Below, piece by piece: positions 35,691-47,995 of a stretch of 64,000 bases of DNA. Below the pieces are notes generated by a model. It was not told where the DNA came from, ran no database searches, and saw only the letters and a program-made list of their open reading frames with translations. Each line of letters starts with the position of its first letter. The first letter of the stretch is position 1. Both the position numbers and the translations under genes were made by a program. The DNA comes from Minutocellus sp. GHC0000111 (taxonomy: Eukaryota): assembly GCA_977018835.1 (NCBI GenBank), contig OZ361256.1, positions 2,604,001 through 2,668,000 of the forward strand, given 5' to 3'.

Positions 35691-38600
35691 TTACACGCCC
35701 TTCTTTCCGGCCGAGCTGAGCGGATCGATTTTGCTCTCTCGATCAATCATTTCAAAGATACGAGCTGCCGCTTCCTTGGCCTTCTCGCGCTTGGTAATTC
35801 CCATCATAGCCGCGGCCATGCCACTGAGACTGAACATCAGACTGAAGATGGAGATGAGAAAATCTCGGTAGGACCACACACCGGGCCAGCGATATAGCAA
35901 GAAGCCGCCCCACCAGAACCATAGAGCCATGCACCACATCTGCATCGCAAAACCTAATCCAGTGGTGCAACTGCGAAGGAAGGTTGGCTTGATGAGACCA
36001 TGTTCTTCCTCCTTTAAGGCCTTCTTGTACTCATCCGATCGTTGCTTTTCGATTGCGAGCGATGCGATAGTTCGAATGTTCATTAGGGTCTCCACGACGA
36101 TTCCGCCAGGACTATTCTCGTCCTCCTTGAACACGTCATCTTCGCCCACGTATATCTTCATTTCGGCTTCGGCACCAAAGCTCATGGCGGGAAGGGTAAA
36201 TAGTGTCAACAATGCAAAGGGCCACATAAAGACAAACGAAATGACCACACCAACGAGAACGCTACTCAGATTCATCACCAAGACACGGATAGGTTCGCCT
36301 GAGAAGGAGTGGATCAGAGCAGCGTCTTCCTCCAGGGCAGATGTAATTGACCCAACGGTTCGCTCATCGAAGTAGGCAGGTTCAATACGGATCAGAGCGT
36401 TGAAAGCGGCATCGCGAACTCTCTTGTTGATTCGCTCAGAAGCCGTTGAGAAACCCTGAAAAAGGAGCACATTGCCAATGACTGTTGCGGCAATGATGCC
36501 AATGTATCCGTAGGTGACTTGGAAGGACTTGAATTGCATGTGGTCAGCAGCCGCATCATAGTAGCCGTCGCAAAAGGCATCGCAATTGTTGTAGGACTCT
36601 GGCGGTGCCGATTCATCACACATCAAAGAATCAAATCCTGGGGGCAAAAATGTCGCCGGAGCAAATTCATAAGGACAGGGGAAGATTGGGTAGTACAACG
36701 CTTCGAGCATAAATGCAAAGATAATTCCCCAAGCGGGAAACATGAGGCCAGCGAGGAGAGCGCCGATGGATCCGACGAGAAAAAGACCCCATTCATTCTT
36801 TGCGAGACTACGTGCGCGCTTGGCATGCTCCTTGGCTAATCGTTCTTCGGCACTAGAAATGGAGGCATTTTCATTGTCAGAACCTTTCTTATCATCCTTG
36901 TCGGTCTCACCCTCCTCAATATCTTCGACTAGCTTCTTGCCCTTGCGATGTTTCTTTTTAGGACTGTCGGCGATGCTCTCGAGGGCATTTTCATTACTGT
37001 GCAAATCCTGGAGCTGGACCAGCCGACGGTATTTACCGTTCGGTTTCTCCATCAGCTCTTCGTGAGTACCGAGCTCACGGACCCGGCCAGAGTCAATAAC
37101 AGCAATTCGCGATGCGTTGCGAATGGTCGAAAGTCTATGGGCGATGACAATAGTAGTTTGGTGACGAGATACCATGACCTTGTCGAGGGCCTCTTGCACA
37201 ATCTGTTCCGACTCGGAGTCAAGAGCGCTACTGGCTTCGTCGAGCAATAGAATCTGCAATAATAATATTGATGCGGCATTGTGTGAAAAGGACATGTTAG
37301 ATAAAAAGGAATGACTGTAAATACGAAATGAAAATCCCCACTCCGTCTCACCTTTGGTCGCTTCAGAATGGCCCGTGCGATTGCGATGCGCTGTTTCTGG
37401 CCTCCTGACATCTGGGTTCCCTGCTGCCCAACATTGGTGTCGTACTTATCAGGGAAGGAAGAAATAAAGTGGTGGGCGTTGGCGAGCTTGCATGCGGCCT
37501 CCATTTCGGCGACGGAAGCAGATGGCAAACCATATTGCAGATTTTCGCGAATCGTGCCATTGAAGAGAACTGGCTCTTGGGATACTAGTCCCATTTGGTC
37601 ACGGAGCCATGCTACATTCAATTCCTTGATATTGATTCCTTCGAATTCGACAGCTCCAATGTCTGGATCATAGAATCGCTCGATGAGTTGGACAACTGAC
37701 GACTTGCCTCCTCCACTTGTCCCAACGAGCGCAAGAGTTTCACCCTGACGGACACTAAGGTTGAGGCCGGTAAAGATGGGGTTCTCAGGTCGGCTAGGGT
37801 AGGCAAAGTGAACGTTGCGGAATCGGATCTGTGGGGCGTCGATATTGTTTCCGTTGGCAGCGACAAAACTTGACTGACGCTTCTGAATGGACTGCTGAAC
37901 AATGGCTTCCGAGGGACGGCGGTTGGTCTGAGCCTCCACTAATTGCCGATACTGCGAGGTTGACTTGGCCATGAGCGAATCATGAGTGCCGGTCTCAACC
38001 ACTCGTCCCTTGTCGACAACAGCGATCATGTCGGCGTTCTTGATGGTGGACAAGCGGTGCGCAATAACAATGGTCGTTCGGTTCTTGGTCTCCAGAAGGG
38101 ATTCCAACGCTCTTTGGACGATACGCTCTGATTCTGAGTCAAGGGCTGCCGTGGCCTCATCCAATAGAAGAATTTTTGGCTGCATCACAAGCACACGCGC
38201 CAAGGCTACTCGTTGTTTTTGTCCTCCTGAGAGCTGTGCGCCCTTGTCACCACACAGAGTGTCGTAGCCCTTGGGAAAGGACATGATGAAATCATGGGCA
38301 TTGGCCATTCTCGCGGCCTCCTCAATTTGGCTCTGAGTGGCACCGGGGCATCCATAGGCAATGTTCTCTCGGATCGTCTTGGCAAATAGAACGGGTTCCT
38401 GTGAGACAAGGCCAATCTGCTGACGCCACCAACGAACGTTGAGACGACGAATATCAACCCCGTCCAACGATATAGATCCAGAAGCGCAATCATAGAATCG
38501 CTCTAGCAGAGCAACAGCGCTGGACTTGCCAGACCCAGATGGGCCGACCAGGGCCACCGTAGTTCCGGGTTTGACGTGCAGAGTGAATCCATTGAAGATG

Positions 38601-40039
38601 GTGGCTTCCATCCGAGTTGGATATGCAAAGGTGACATTCCGAAAGTCGATGGCACCCCGAACTTGCTTCAGTTTCATACCATCCGGCGAGGACGAATCAA
38701 TGGCATAGGTCGACAGTACCACGGATTTCCGGTGAGTAATCGATTTGGTTCTAGTTGTCGTGCTTCTCCGCCGATCTACCGCATGGACAACTTCTCCCTG
38801 GCCTCCACTTCCCTCCTGTTGCTGCTCATCATTATCATCATCTTGTCCCACCTTGCGATTGATGGCCGTCACAGCCGGCGAACAAGCGCCTCGAGCAATG
38901 GTGAAGGCCTCGAATGCAGCCGACATTTGAGGAAGTCCAGAAGCTGCCATTGTAGCACCCATCAAAGCACCAAATACGTCCATCGCCGAGGTAGCACAGG
39001 TATCATTGTCCGGGATAGTTCCAGATGGATCACACCCAGTCTGCCGGACGGCATCGTACAGCAGGTACACTCCAAACAGCGTCAACAGGACATATGAAAA
39101 GATGAAGCTGGCCATGACACTGCCGTTGGCCAGTCCAATCCACGGAATAAAGCCCACCGCTGCCCTATATGCCTTGAGAGTGGCCTGCTTGTATTTGTTC
39201 AGCATCGTTCGGCATGCATTCAAGCTTAGCACCGTCTTGATGGATGATACCGTGGTGTACACAATGCTCCCAGCCTCTTCATAATTCTTGGTGGAACGAC
39301 TCGTCTGACCCTGAGTGACTTTGAGCATGAACCATGCACTTCCAGCCATGAAGGGCACCACCGTCAATGTAATCAACGTCGTCTTCCAGCTGGCATACAG
39401 CGCATAGGCCATGCCACCAATCAGGGTAATGAAGAATTGAATCCCCTCTCCCAACTTGCGCCCAACGCCCTTGTTGTACTTTTGCGCTTGGGCCGAGATC
39501 AACGTCGCTGTTCCAGCCACGTCCTTCAAATCATAGTACGCCATATCCATCCTCAATAGGGCATCGAACCACCGTGTCTTGAGCGACATGGTCATCTCCG
39601 CTGCGGCAATCTCCAGTAAGGTGTTCTGAGCCGTCATGGAGACGAAGCTCAGGGCGCCCAAGCCGAGGAAGATGAATGATTGCATACGAATCCCCTCAAT
39701 AAAGTCGGGCGCGGTGGGATCGCTTCCAAGCACTTCAAAGATTCGCGCCCACACGAATGCCATGGCGGGATAGATGCATCCGCTGATACAAGCCAGGAAC
39801 CAACCCGCGGCGAGGCAGGGGACCTTGAGCCGACTCTCGCCGAAGCTAAAGGTGTCGTGGATTGTGGCCAGTTCGCCTACTTTGTCCTTGTCGGATTCGG
39901 AGCCGTCATCGCTGCTGCTTCCCGACGTGGAGGAATCGCCACTGGTGGTTCGTGTATCCTTCTCGGAATAGCGCGGGCGAGCTGCAGCCTCCTCCTCGTC
40001 GAGGTAGGCGTCGGCATCGCTGCCGGCGACGCGAGCCAT
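35691..40039 (-). CDS. ABCB transporter (TMD-NBD-NBD-TMD), duplicate copy
   Basis: Protein identical except YRRL/YRQL; intron 37254-37351. Confidence 0.9.
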
Positions 40040-40348
40040 ATTTAATTTCAGGAAGATACGATCGAAAGATACGCCGCGTAGAAGAACTGGGACAAAAGCG
40101 TTTGCGTGCGTTCAGGCCACTTTGGGGATATTTATGCGAAGAACAGTGCTGAGACGTGTGTATCCACGGCTCAATGGTTCATCTTTCTCGACCACTTGAC
40201 TTGACTTGGCATCTGGCCAGTTCTCTTTTGTTCTTGGCTTGAGCTTTCGGCCGCGAAATTTGATGTGGGACCGCCCATTTCTTTCAGACATCATTTTTGC
40301 GTCATCCCCTTTTCACGCCAGCAGCACAACCATTTTTTGGCAACAACC

Positions 40349-41263
40349 ATGAGCGAAGCCGCCACCGTAAAGTGCGCTCCGAGCAAGAACCTCAATGTAG
40401 GGTTCACCCACTTCGCCACGGCAAAGGAGCTGTATGCTCATCTGTGAGTATTCGGTCGCGACGCACGCATGAATCTACTTTCTTTTTGTCATCACCGATG
40501 GCTGTGGCTTGCGTGGTTTAGTGAATGAAAGAACTTCCCTCACCAGCTTGGAAGTTATGTACTCTCTGTGCTGCCTACGGTACCTTCTTCCATCGATCCG
40601 TGGTAAACCATGTCCCTTGATATACTTAGCGTACTCATAAACAACCCTCGCCCTTTTGTCAATTCCTGTTTCCACGTACACATGCATGCATGATGCAGGC
40701 GCGAGATTACCAAGCCAGGCGGCGAGTTCGTCGTGCGCAATTTCGTGGGTGTGATCGAGGATATCTCTCCCGAGGCATCGCTGGTAGAAACTGAACTTTT
40801 CCCTCGCGGTGCCTTGGAGTATTACACAAAGAAAAATATGGGTTGGGACTACACCGAGGAGGAATGTAAGCAATGGCAGCTCAACGAGAGAGGTGGTGCT
40901 CAGGGTGATTATCGCGAGGGTATGCAGAAGAAGATTGCCAACGTCATTGACTGCCTGAGAACGGAGCCATTGTCCAAGCGTGCGGTAATTCCCATTCCTT
41001 TGAACAGTGAGGGAAGCGAGACTGTGGATTGGACCGACCAGGGACAGAACAAGTGCTGCCGTGAACTTCATTTGTACTTGGAGGACGGAAAGCTCAAGTG
41101 CACGGGCATTGTTCGGATGCAGAATGCAAACATATTTGTAAAGAATATCCACTTGTTTGCTACCTTGATTGACCATGTGGCCAAAGAGCTCAAGGTCCCC
41201 CTGGGCGAATATACTCATTTTATTACCAATTTATGCCATGATCGATCTGCTACCAGCTGTTGA
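40349..41263 (+). CDS. Thymidylate-synthase-fold protein, duplicate copy
   Basis: Identical protein; intron 40444-40698. Confidence 0.65.
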
Positions 41264-41371
41264 GTATCCAGCTGTTGAGTTGATCTATCAATAGATAAGT
41301 CAATTCATTCACATCTTTGAATATAGCTGTTGAGTATCGAAAATTTCGATCCATATCGTTTTAAAATTTAT

Positions 41372-42340
41372 TTATAACTCCTCATGGTGGTATCGTTCGC
41401 CATAATCGTAGTCCGCATGGTAATGCAACTCCAATCCATCTGAAAGCATATGAACGGCTTGCTTGATGAAAGGAACGGATCCATAGATGACTGCCCAAAC
41501 CAATGCCACCCAAATAAAACTCAGCTGTATGGGAACATTCTTCCGACCGTGTGGCATTACAAGCAGATCGTGCGTCAAGTGTACTGCAGCCAGCGGTCCA
41601 ATCATGAGTCGGAAATAAGCATATACAAATGCGTAGGCAGGTTCAATGATGGTATGCAGCATCATCATCGTCGGTCCATTGCAGCAGTTGAGCTTGATTG
41701 CGAAACGCGTTACGAACAAACCATTCATGAACGGATTCGAGATTTCGCCACAGAAAATCATCATCAAGGCACTCAAATGCCCAGCGCCGACGATCCGAGC
41801 ACTCAGCATGTACAAAGACGTGGCTAGATGATGACCAAGACAGAGCATTTCAAAGTCGGACAATTCATGGCCCAACAGGTGACAATCGCGAATGAGAAAT
41901 ACGGCATCGTGAATCATGTAACCGGTGCAAATCTCCAACAACGCCGTCGCCGCCTCTTGCCACCAGAGAGGAGCCGCGGTAAGCTTGGCCGACGGAACAT
42001 ACTTGGGATGCGTTATGAGACAAAAGAAGGTGCCGTAGCATATGACCAATGAGTGGAGGATGGACGCCAAACTTCCCGCGCTGTCCAGAGTCATTTTGGA
42101 ATTGGACGGCCAACCAAACTGCACCAGCACCCGAAACAGGATCAGCCGGATGATGCTCAAAACGACAAAGCTGATGAGCGTGAAGGAAACATCGAGATCT
42201 GTGAAGGGAACGTGCAGTTTGGGGATGGAGTCATAAATGCCGACAAATGGACGGAGGGAGGCCGGACATGGCGGAGGTTTGTTCTCCTTGCCCTTGGCCG
42301 CTCCTTCCTTGAAGCCGACAGCCTTCTTTGCTTGTGACAT
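41372..42340 (-). CDS. TLC domain membrane protein, paralog B
   Basis: ICTGYMIHD, LGHHLAT and FCGEISNPFMN motifs; ATG at 42340. Confidence 0.75.
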   Translation of the reverse strand: MSQAKKAVGFKEGAAKGKENKPPPCPASLRPFVGIYDSIPKLHVPFTDLDVSFTLISFVVLSIIRLILFRVLVQFGWPSNSKMTLDSAGSLASILHSLVICYGTFFCLITHPKYVPSAKLTAAPLWWQEAATALLEICTGYMIHDAVFLIRDCHLLGHELSDFEMLCLGHHLATSLYMLSARIVGAGHLSALMMIFCGEISNPFMNGLFVTRFAIKLNCCNGPTMMMLHTIIEPAYAFVYAYFRLMIGPLAAVHLTHDLLVMPHGRKNVPIQLSFIWVALVWAVIYGSVPFIKQAVHMLSDGLELHYHADYDYGERYHHEEL

Positions 42341-42620
42341 TGCGCTGCTTTCAATGCGTCTTCTTTGATTATGAATGATTATCGTGACAAGCTCTACTGG
42401 CCGCCCTCGCGCTAATGAAATGCCAGCGCCCGTTGAGAGCAAGTTGAGATTGCGTGGTTGCGTTGGCGCGTGATTTACATGACTTCGCTAAAGATAACCC
42501 GGAGGCATGAGACCACCACCTCATCGGCGCCGCTGCTGCCTGCTGCTGCGCTGCTGCTGCTGCGCGCCTGGGCCGTATGGTCACACTGTATGTTCCTTGA
42601 CATTGTGAATAAGCATCGGC

Positions 42621-43592
42621 ATGATGAGTTGCTGGGCATTGCTATTGCTTGCCTGTGCAATATTCGACTCCCCGTTTCGATCAGTCGAAGCATTTGCGAC
42701 AAAAGAATCTCGCCCGAGATTACGTGCTGGTCTACGTCTTTGTGCCCTACATTCGTCGAGACTGGATGGAAACGATGAATGTTGCCTCGAGGACATTCCC
42801 ACAGCAACTGCTACTCCCAGATTTCGCGACAGACGAAAATTACTGCAAAGCTTATCGCATTCATCGCTGTTAGTCGCGGGGCTGGTATCTTCATCACCAA
42901 GTCGCGCTCTTGCTATCCCCTTCATTGGTGGGGGCGCCGAAGACAAGAGACAACTTGAGCTATGCTTGGTTACAGTATTGCGAGTCAAATATTGGGCAAT
43001 GGGCGTGTCGAAATCGATAGACAATTTGCTGCAAAGGACCGGATCCGCCATACCCTCCGATATTGAAAAGGCACCATATCTGGAGGCTCGATTAGGTTGC
43101 AAGGCGTTACTGACGGGTCGCGTTGGCGGAGGCGCCAACCAAAAAGTATACACATTGGCCGGATTACAATTGAAGGGGTGTTTGAAGGATGCGGAATATT
43201 GGGCCACCTTGCAAGCAAAGTCAGGTGATAAGAAGGACAAGCTCGCAGCGATCCAGCGGTATGCGACGGCATCGGAGGGCATTGTCGAAAGTTTGGCTGC
43301 CTGCGTCGAATTTGATGGGTTAGAAACGACGCTTGATCCCTCTCCGCGATCGTCGCTCATGCTGGGGCAGTATACCAATCAAAAGGCACAGTTCGTAACA
43401 CGAATGCTCAAGGAGCGCGTGATACCGAATTGCGATGCACTGGTGAAATGCTTTGATGGGGAGGCTCGGGAGAGAAGCATGCGATATTTGAGAGAAAATT
43501 ACTACAGCGAGCTGCCACCACCTCCTCCACCGCCGCCTTCTGATGATGATACTGGTGTGGGGGAGACTGGGTCGGCAGCGTCTGTAACATAG
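42621..43592 (+). CDS. Plastid-targeted hypothetical protein, probably thylakoid lumen
   Basis: Signal peptide + VEAF, then a twin-arginine-like DRRKLLQ, a hydrophobic stretch and an ALA cleavage motif. Confidence 0.65.
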   Translation: MMSCWALLLLACAIFDSPFRSVEAFATKESRPRLRAGLRLCALHSSRLDGNDECCLEDIPTATATPRFRDRRKLLQSLSHSSLLVAGLVSSSPSRALAIPFIGGGAEDKRQLELCLVTVLRVKYWAMGVSKSIDNLLQRTGSAIPSDIEKAPYLEARLGCKALLTGRVGGGANQKVYTLAGLQLKGCLKDAEYWATLQAKSGDKKDKLAAIQRYATASEGIVESLAACVEFDGLETTLDPSPRSSLMLGQYTNQKAQFVTRMLKERVIPNCDALVKCFDGEARERSMRYLRENYYSELPPPPPPPPSDDDTGVGETGSAASVT

Positions 43593-43894
43593 ATACCTTC
43601 CCGCTTAGCTAGGAATTGGCATTTGTGCTTTGATATTCAATCCTTTCAGTCAGAGCAGCATTGCATCACGCATGTTGTGGAGAGCTCTGCAGAGCAACAA
43701 ACAAAACTTCCCATCCCGATGGACTCACTCGACCGTGGGTTGAAGTTCCACCTGTGCTGGTGCCTCGTGCCACAACCACCCAAGCTCGAAAGCTCTCTGC
43801 CGACCAACCACAAGCAAATCGATTTGAATATCGGCGCGTCTCGTCTTTTCCAACAACACCGACAACATAGGGATATATTACACCCACAGCAACG

Positions 43895-44279
43895 ATGACA
43901 GCCAGCACGTCCCAACGATTTTCCATTTCTTTCCTCTCCAGCTGGACCAGCAGCAAAGAGGAGCAAGAAGACGCTTGCTGTCACCGATCGCACAAGCAAT
44001 GATCAGGATGAGAGCAAACCAATTACAACGCCATTGGACGGGAATGACCTGGTCAAACAGACCAGCGAAGAGTCAAGCGACGAACCAGCACCACAAGAAG
44101 ATTGGAATGGCCCAGAAAGTTACGACGACGGCGTCAGCGTCATATCAGATAGAACCCGGACACATTCTGTAAAGCATGAGAGGAGGCCGTCACTCCTCGC
44201 CAAGATGCTGCGGAAGAAGAAGAGCGAAGCTCAAGTGGACATCGCCAAACGGCCTCATTATGGGTATGAGATATATTAA
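43895..44279 (+). pseudogene. Possible small hydrophilic gene with a frameshift
   Basis: MTASTSQRFSISFLSSW... and ...KMLRKKKSE..HYGYEIY* lie in different frames; no family recognised. Confidence 0.25.
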
Positions 44280-44708
44280 CAAAATAGAGAAAGTTACTTG
44301 ATGTCATATGTGTGCTTGACTTTTCATGACCATACAGGCCCCATTCCGTACCGTATCATGATATCGGCACCTACTTGACTTACATGCTGCTGAGGCGAAA
44401 GCAAATGGCACCCTCGTTTTGTGCACTGGCATTTCAGTTTCCATAAGCTTGGACCATTTGCAGCAGTTGTCGACGGCAATTCGATTCTTTTTCCGTCTAG
44501 TCCCCTGCCACTGTCAGCCCGTCCGCCAGGTTTCCACAAACCTTGCTGCTGGAGTCATGCCTCAGAAACAATACAAGCACATGCACGTGCATTTGCGTAT
44601 GCACCGCGCCTTTCGGCTGGTTGATGAAGCAACAACAAACATTTTAGATGTATTGCAGTCTATTTATTTATTTTACATTGTCCCCCGAGCACTTCAATAC
44701 TGCCATGT

Positions 44709-45276
44709 TCACTCTCCGGTCAGATCAACCAGGGCCGATTCCGTTTTGGCCTTCTTCTTGACGGGCATATCATCGGCATCGGTGAGATCGATGACTTTGG
44801 CCTCATCCTGAGAAGCAGATGCGCTAGCGATAGCGCTTATCTCTGGCCAGATGCCGGCATGAATGAGACCTTGGGCGGTACAATACTTGATCTCGATACT
44901 TTCAACGAGCTTGCCCTTCCGGTATGGACTCATCCGAGCTTCTGTTACGCCAGTTACAGTTCCACCAGAAACTGTCTTCAAGGCCTTCTTCTTTCCAGTG
45001 CCACTGTTGGTGCTAAAATTCTGGCCTGCCCAAGCTTCAGCCGTATCGGGTGGCATCATGTTCATCCCACCCCTTCCTCCTTGAAACAAAAATGAAACAC
45101 TCACTTTACCAACTGGCAAATGAGCAACGCCATCGCCATCGCCATCGTAATCTGTGTCAGTTACGGAAGAATTCCTTGCAATCGTAACCTTGTCAAACTT
45201 GAGGGAAGTCTCGGTCTTGATTCCATCAAAGTAAGAGCGGAACCCGAGATAGCGGCCACTCTCGGGACATGTCCAC
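44709..45276 (-). pseudogene. 5'-truncated hypothetical gene abutting the ankyrin-gene copy
   Basis: About 188 open, protein-like codons ending in VIDLT/VDLT motifs; upstream is replaced by the ankyrin copy on the opposite strand. Confidence 0.55.
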
Positions 45277-46505
45277 GGATCTGGAGCGCGCCCTGGACGA
45301 CGAAGACGAGGGCGGAATGGCGTCTCCGTCGGCCAATCGATCGGTGCGCAGTGCCGCTGCGCGGAGCCGGGCCCGCAGCCGCAGCCGGGAGAGGGCGGCC
45401 GAGCTGGCCAAGGAGTTGGAGCGGGACGATGCCGCGGGGGCTGGACATGCTGCGCACGGCGGCGGCGGTCGGACCGGCGGTAGAGTCGGGGATGCAACTG
45501 ATGAGCGCAGACAAAGAGCACGGAGTCGGAGCAAGGAGCGCGTGAGTGCCTTCGAGCAGCGGATCGAGGAACGAGAGGAACGGCAGAGGTTGCAGCAGGG
45601 TAAGTGAAGCCAAGCAGGTGCTATTGCTTTCGAAATGCCATATTTTGTCCTTCGTTCTGGTGAATGTTGCACACCTTGCTAACATGCATATGTTTATTTT
45701 TCGTTTGCGCAATCAATAGAAGCGGCCAAGTCCAGATCGCGGACAACTCCCAGCGACGCCCGGTCTCGCGACGGTGATACCCAGGCATCGGAGGAGTACG
45801 ACAAGTTCAACGCCGACGCCGAGCTGCCCAAACGCCCCCCGATGCTCGAGCCCAGCGCCAAGGGCGACAAGCCCGCCAGTCAGCTCAACATCTACAACAG
45901 CTTGGGGGGCATTAGTGCCATCAGCGACGTGAGTGACAGTGCCACCGAGGACATGACCGATGCAAGTGCCGCCGACCATCATGCTCATCATCATCATGGC
46001 AGGTCCAGTGGGGTTCGTGGTGGAAGTTTGGCGAGTCGAGGGTCGTCGTCTAGGGCCGGTGGTGGCAGCGGTGGCGGCCGGGTTGGTGCATCTGGGAGCT
46101 CTGGCGGCGGCGGAGGAGGAGGCGGTGAGCAGCAGTTCAGTCCCAACCTCCCACCCAACCTTCACACCAGCCTGGCCAAGTGCGACTGGCCGGCCTTCCA
46201 TCGGGCTCTGCAGCATCTGTCGCAAAGTCCGTCTCTCATCATTCCCAGTGTCAGTATGACCGACCCCGAGAATCCCAATGATAGCACCACGCCTCTGCAT
46301 ACTGCCTGCTGGAAGGCCCCACCGACACTGGCTCTGATGCTCATCCGACTCCTGCCCAGCAGTCGGGAGCTGAGCGGTATCTTCACCGCCCGCGATGGTG
46401 ATGACAATACCGCTCTGCATTTGTGCTGTGCCAATCTTGAGCGCATGGCGGATGGAGATTCCGGCGGTGCGAGTGGCGGAGTCAACACGTCGGTACTGGA
46501 GGCTC
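45277..46505 (+). repeat. Dispersed copy of 7328-8538 (internal ankyrin-gene fragment including its intron)
   Basis: Near-identical; one 18-bp indel and one CA/CG difference seen. Confidence 0.95.
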
Positions 46506-46592
46506 CCTCCGACGACCCGCCACCTACTTTCATTTGCCACATCGGCATTCCTTTCATTCTCTCGGCACAAAGTTTGCCCTTGTGTCATCAAC

Positions 46593-47675
46593 ATGAAGCT
46601 CAATACCGCTGCCCTCGCGATGCTCGCCCTTGCCTCTGGCGCTGTCTCCGCCCACGAGCATCATCGGCATCAGCACCATCGCCGGGCTACTTTGCGAGCA
46701 TCTGCTCCCCATCGATCTCTCCAGGAGAATGCCACAGTCGCCAACACGACTTCTCCTTCTGCTCTCAACGAAACGTTGAGCAACGATATGGGAAGTAATG
46801 CCTCCAACGCCACTATGCCCCCCGAGATTAGTATGGACGCTACCATCGAGCCAACGTCTACTTTGACCGCCAGCCCTACTTTGAGTCCAACGGTCCCAAT
46901 CACATCGTCGCCGTCATTGTCGCCATCGGTGACCTCCTCTTCGTCTCCTTCCACACCTCCAACTGCTTCTCCCTCGTCGGTACCTACTGCTTTTCCCTCG
47001 CATGTGCCGTCGGCTTCTCCGTCGTTTGAGCCCACAACATGCGTCGCTTCTGGAGATAAGTGTGAGCTCGACGAAGATGGCGACGCCGTCGTACCCTGCT
47101 GCTCCAGCGATAACACATGCTTCATGCTACAGGGGCTCGGTGGCCGATGCGTTACCACAGATGAGCCAACGCTCAGCCCAACTGTTACGGAGTCCGAATC
47201 CCCATCCGTATCTCCAAGCGATGCACCCACTGTTGCTCCGACTTCGGCGCCATCTACTTTGAGTCCTACGGCCACGCCCTCCAAGGCACCCACGTCCATG
47301 CCTAGTGATGCTCCCACAGCCGTTCCAACGACCACGAAGCCCACGACAATGACGCCGTCTGCCGCTCCTACGAAACAACCCGTCACCGAGCCACCCAAAA
47401 TCTTTATAGAACCAATTCCAGAGCTTGTCACACTCGGTGAAAGTCCAGAGCTCGAAGAAGGACAATATCTGCAGATGTGTGAGGGCGATTGCGATTCTGA
47501 TGAGGACTGTGGCATTTCACTTGTGTGCTTTCAGCGGACGAATACCGAGCCCGTTCCTGGATGTGTTGGGACAGGAGTGGAAGGTTGGGATTATTGTTCG
47601 GAGCCCGAGACTGTTTTGGAAGAAGACAGAGCCAAGGACGATGATGACGACAAGAAGAAAGGAAACAAGGATTGA
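46593..47675 (+). CDS. Frustulin-like secreted cell-wall protein
   Basis: Signal peptide; PT/PS-rich mucin-like repeats; ACR domain CEGDCDSDEDC..LVCFQR....VPGC.G.....DYC. Confidence 0.85.
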   Translation: MKLNTAALAMLALASGAVSAHEHHRHQHHRRATLRASAPHRSLQENATVANTTSPSALNETLSNDMGSNASNATMPPEISMDATIEPTSTLTASPTLSPTVPITSSPSLSPSVTSSSSPSTPPTASPSSVPTAFPSHVPSASPSFEPTTCVASGDKCELDEDGDAVVPCCSSDNTCFMLQGLGGRCVTTDEPTLSPTVTESESPSVSPSDAPTVAPTSAPSTLSPTATPSKAPTSMPSDAPTAVPTTTKPTTMTPSAAPTKQPVTEPPKIFIEPIPELVTLGESPELEEGQYLQMCEGDCDSDEDCGISLVCFQRTNTEPVPGCVGTGVEGWDYCSEPETVLEEDRAKDDDDDKKKGNKD

Positions 47676-47995
47676 TTGAGGTTCTTCTTTTACGTTTTAC
47701 TACGATACACGTATGTGCCACTTCACAGAATGCCAAGAGCATAGTATGTCATAATTGAAATAATGAGAATTGTATGTGTTTATAGCTGCCATGCATGTAG
47801 TCTTCCAGCACTCCTTGTCCCTTCTCTTCCACCTTGCAGTTAGATCTAGTTGCCGCTCCGGGTTCGTCGAAATTAAATTTGCGAGGCGACGGACGGACCA
47901 GATCTCGAATCAATTCTGCCTTCAACGTCGGCATTGGTGCCGGAAGGCAAGATTGGTCGTCACTCTCCTCCGGCAAGAGGCTCAACAAACCAACA

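Larger units (their letters stand above)
27967..41786. repeat. 13,820-bp tandem segmental duplication, copy 2
   Basis: Near-identical to 14147-27966; junction ccagcg|tgttgtc at 27966/27967. Confidence 0.97.

Noticed and set aside
5343..46505. TLC + ankyrin pairs as one segmental duplication
   Set aside because: The TLC paralogs are strongly diverged while the ankyrin copy is near-identical, so the events differ in age.
45842..46798. 318-aa ORF and the 46395 upstream extension as real genes
   Set aside because: Both are by-products of the ankyrin fragment reading into the frustulin locus; the frustulin signal peptide starts at 46593.
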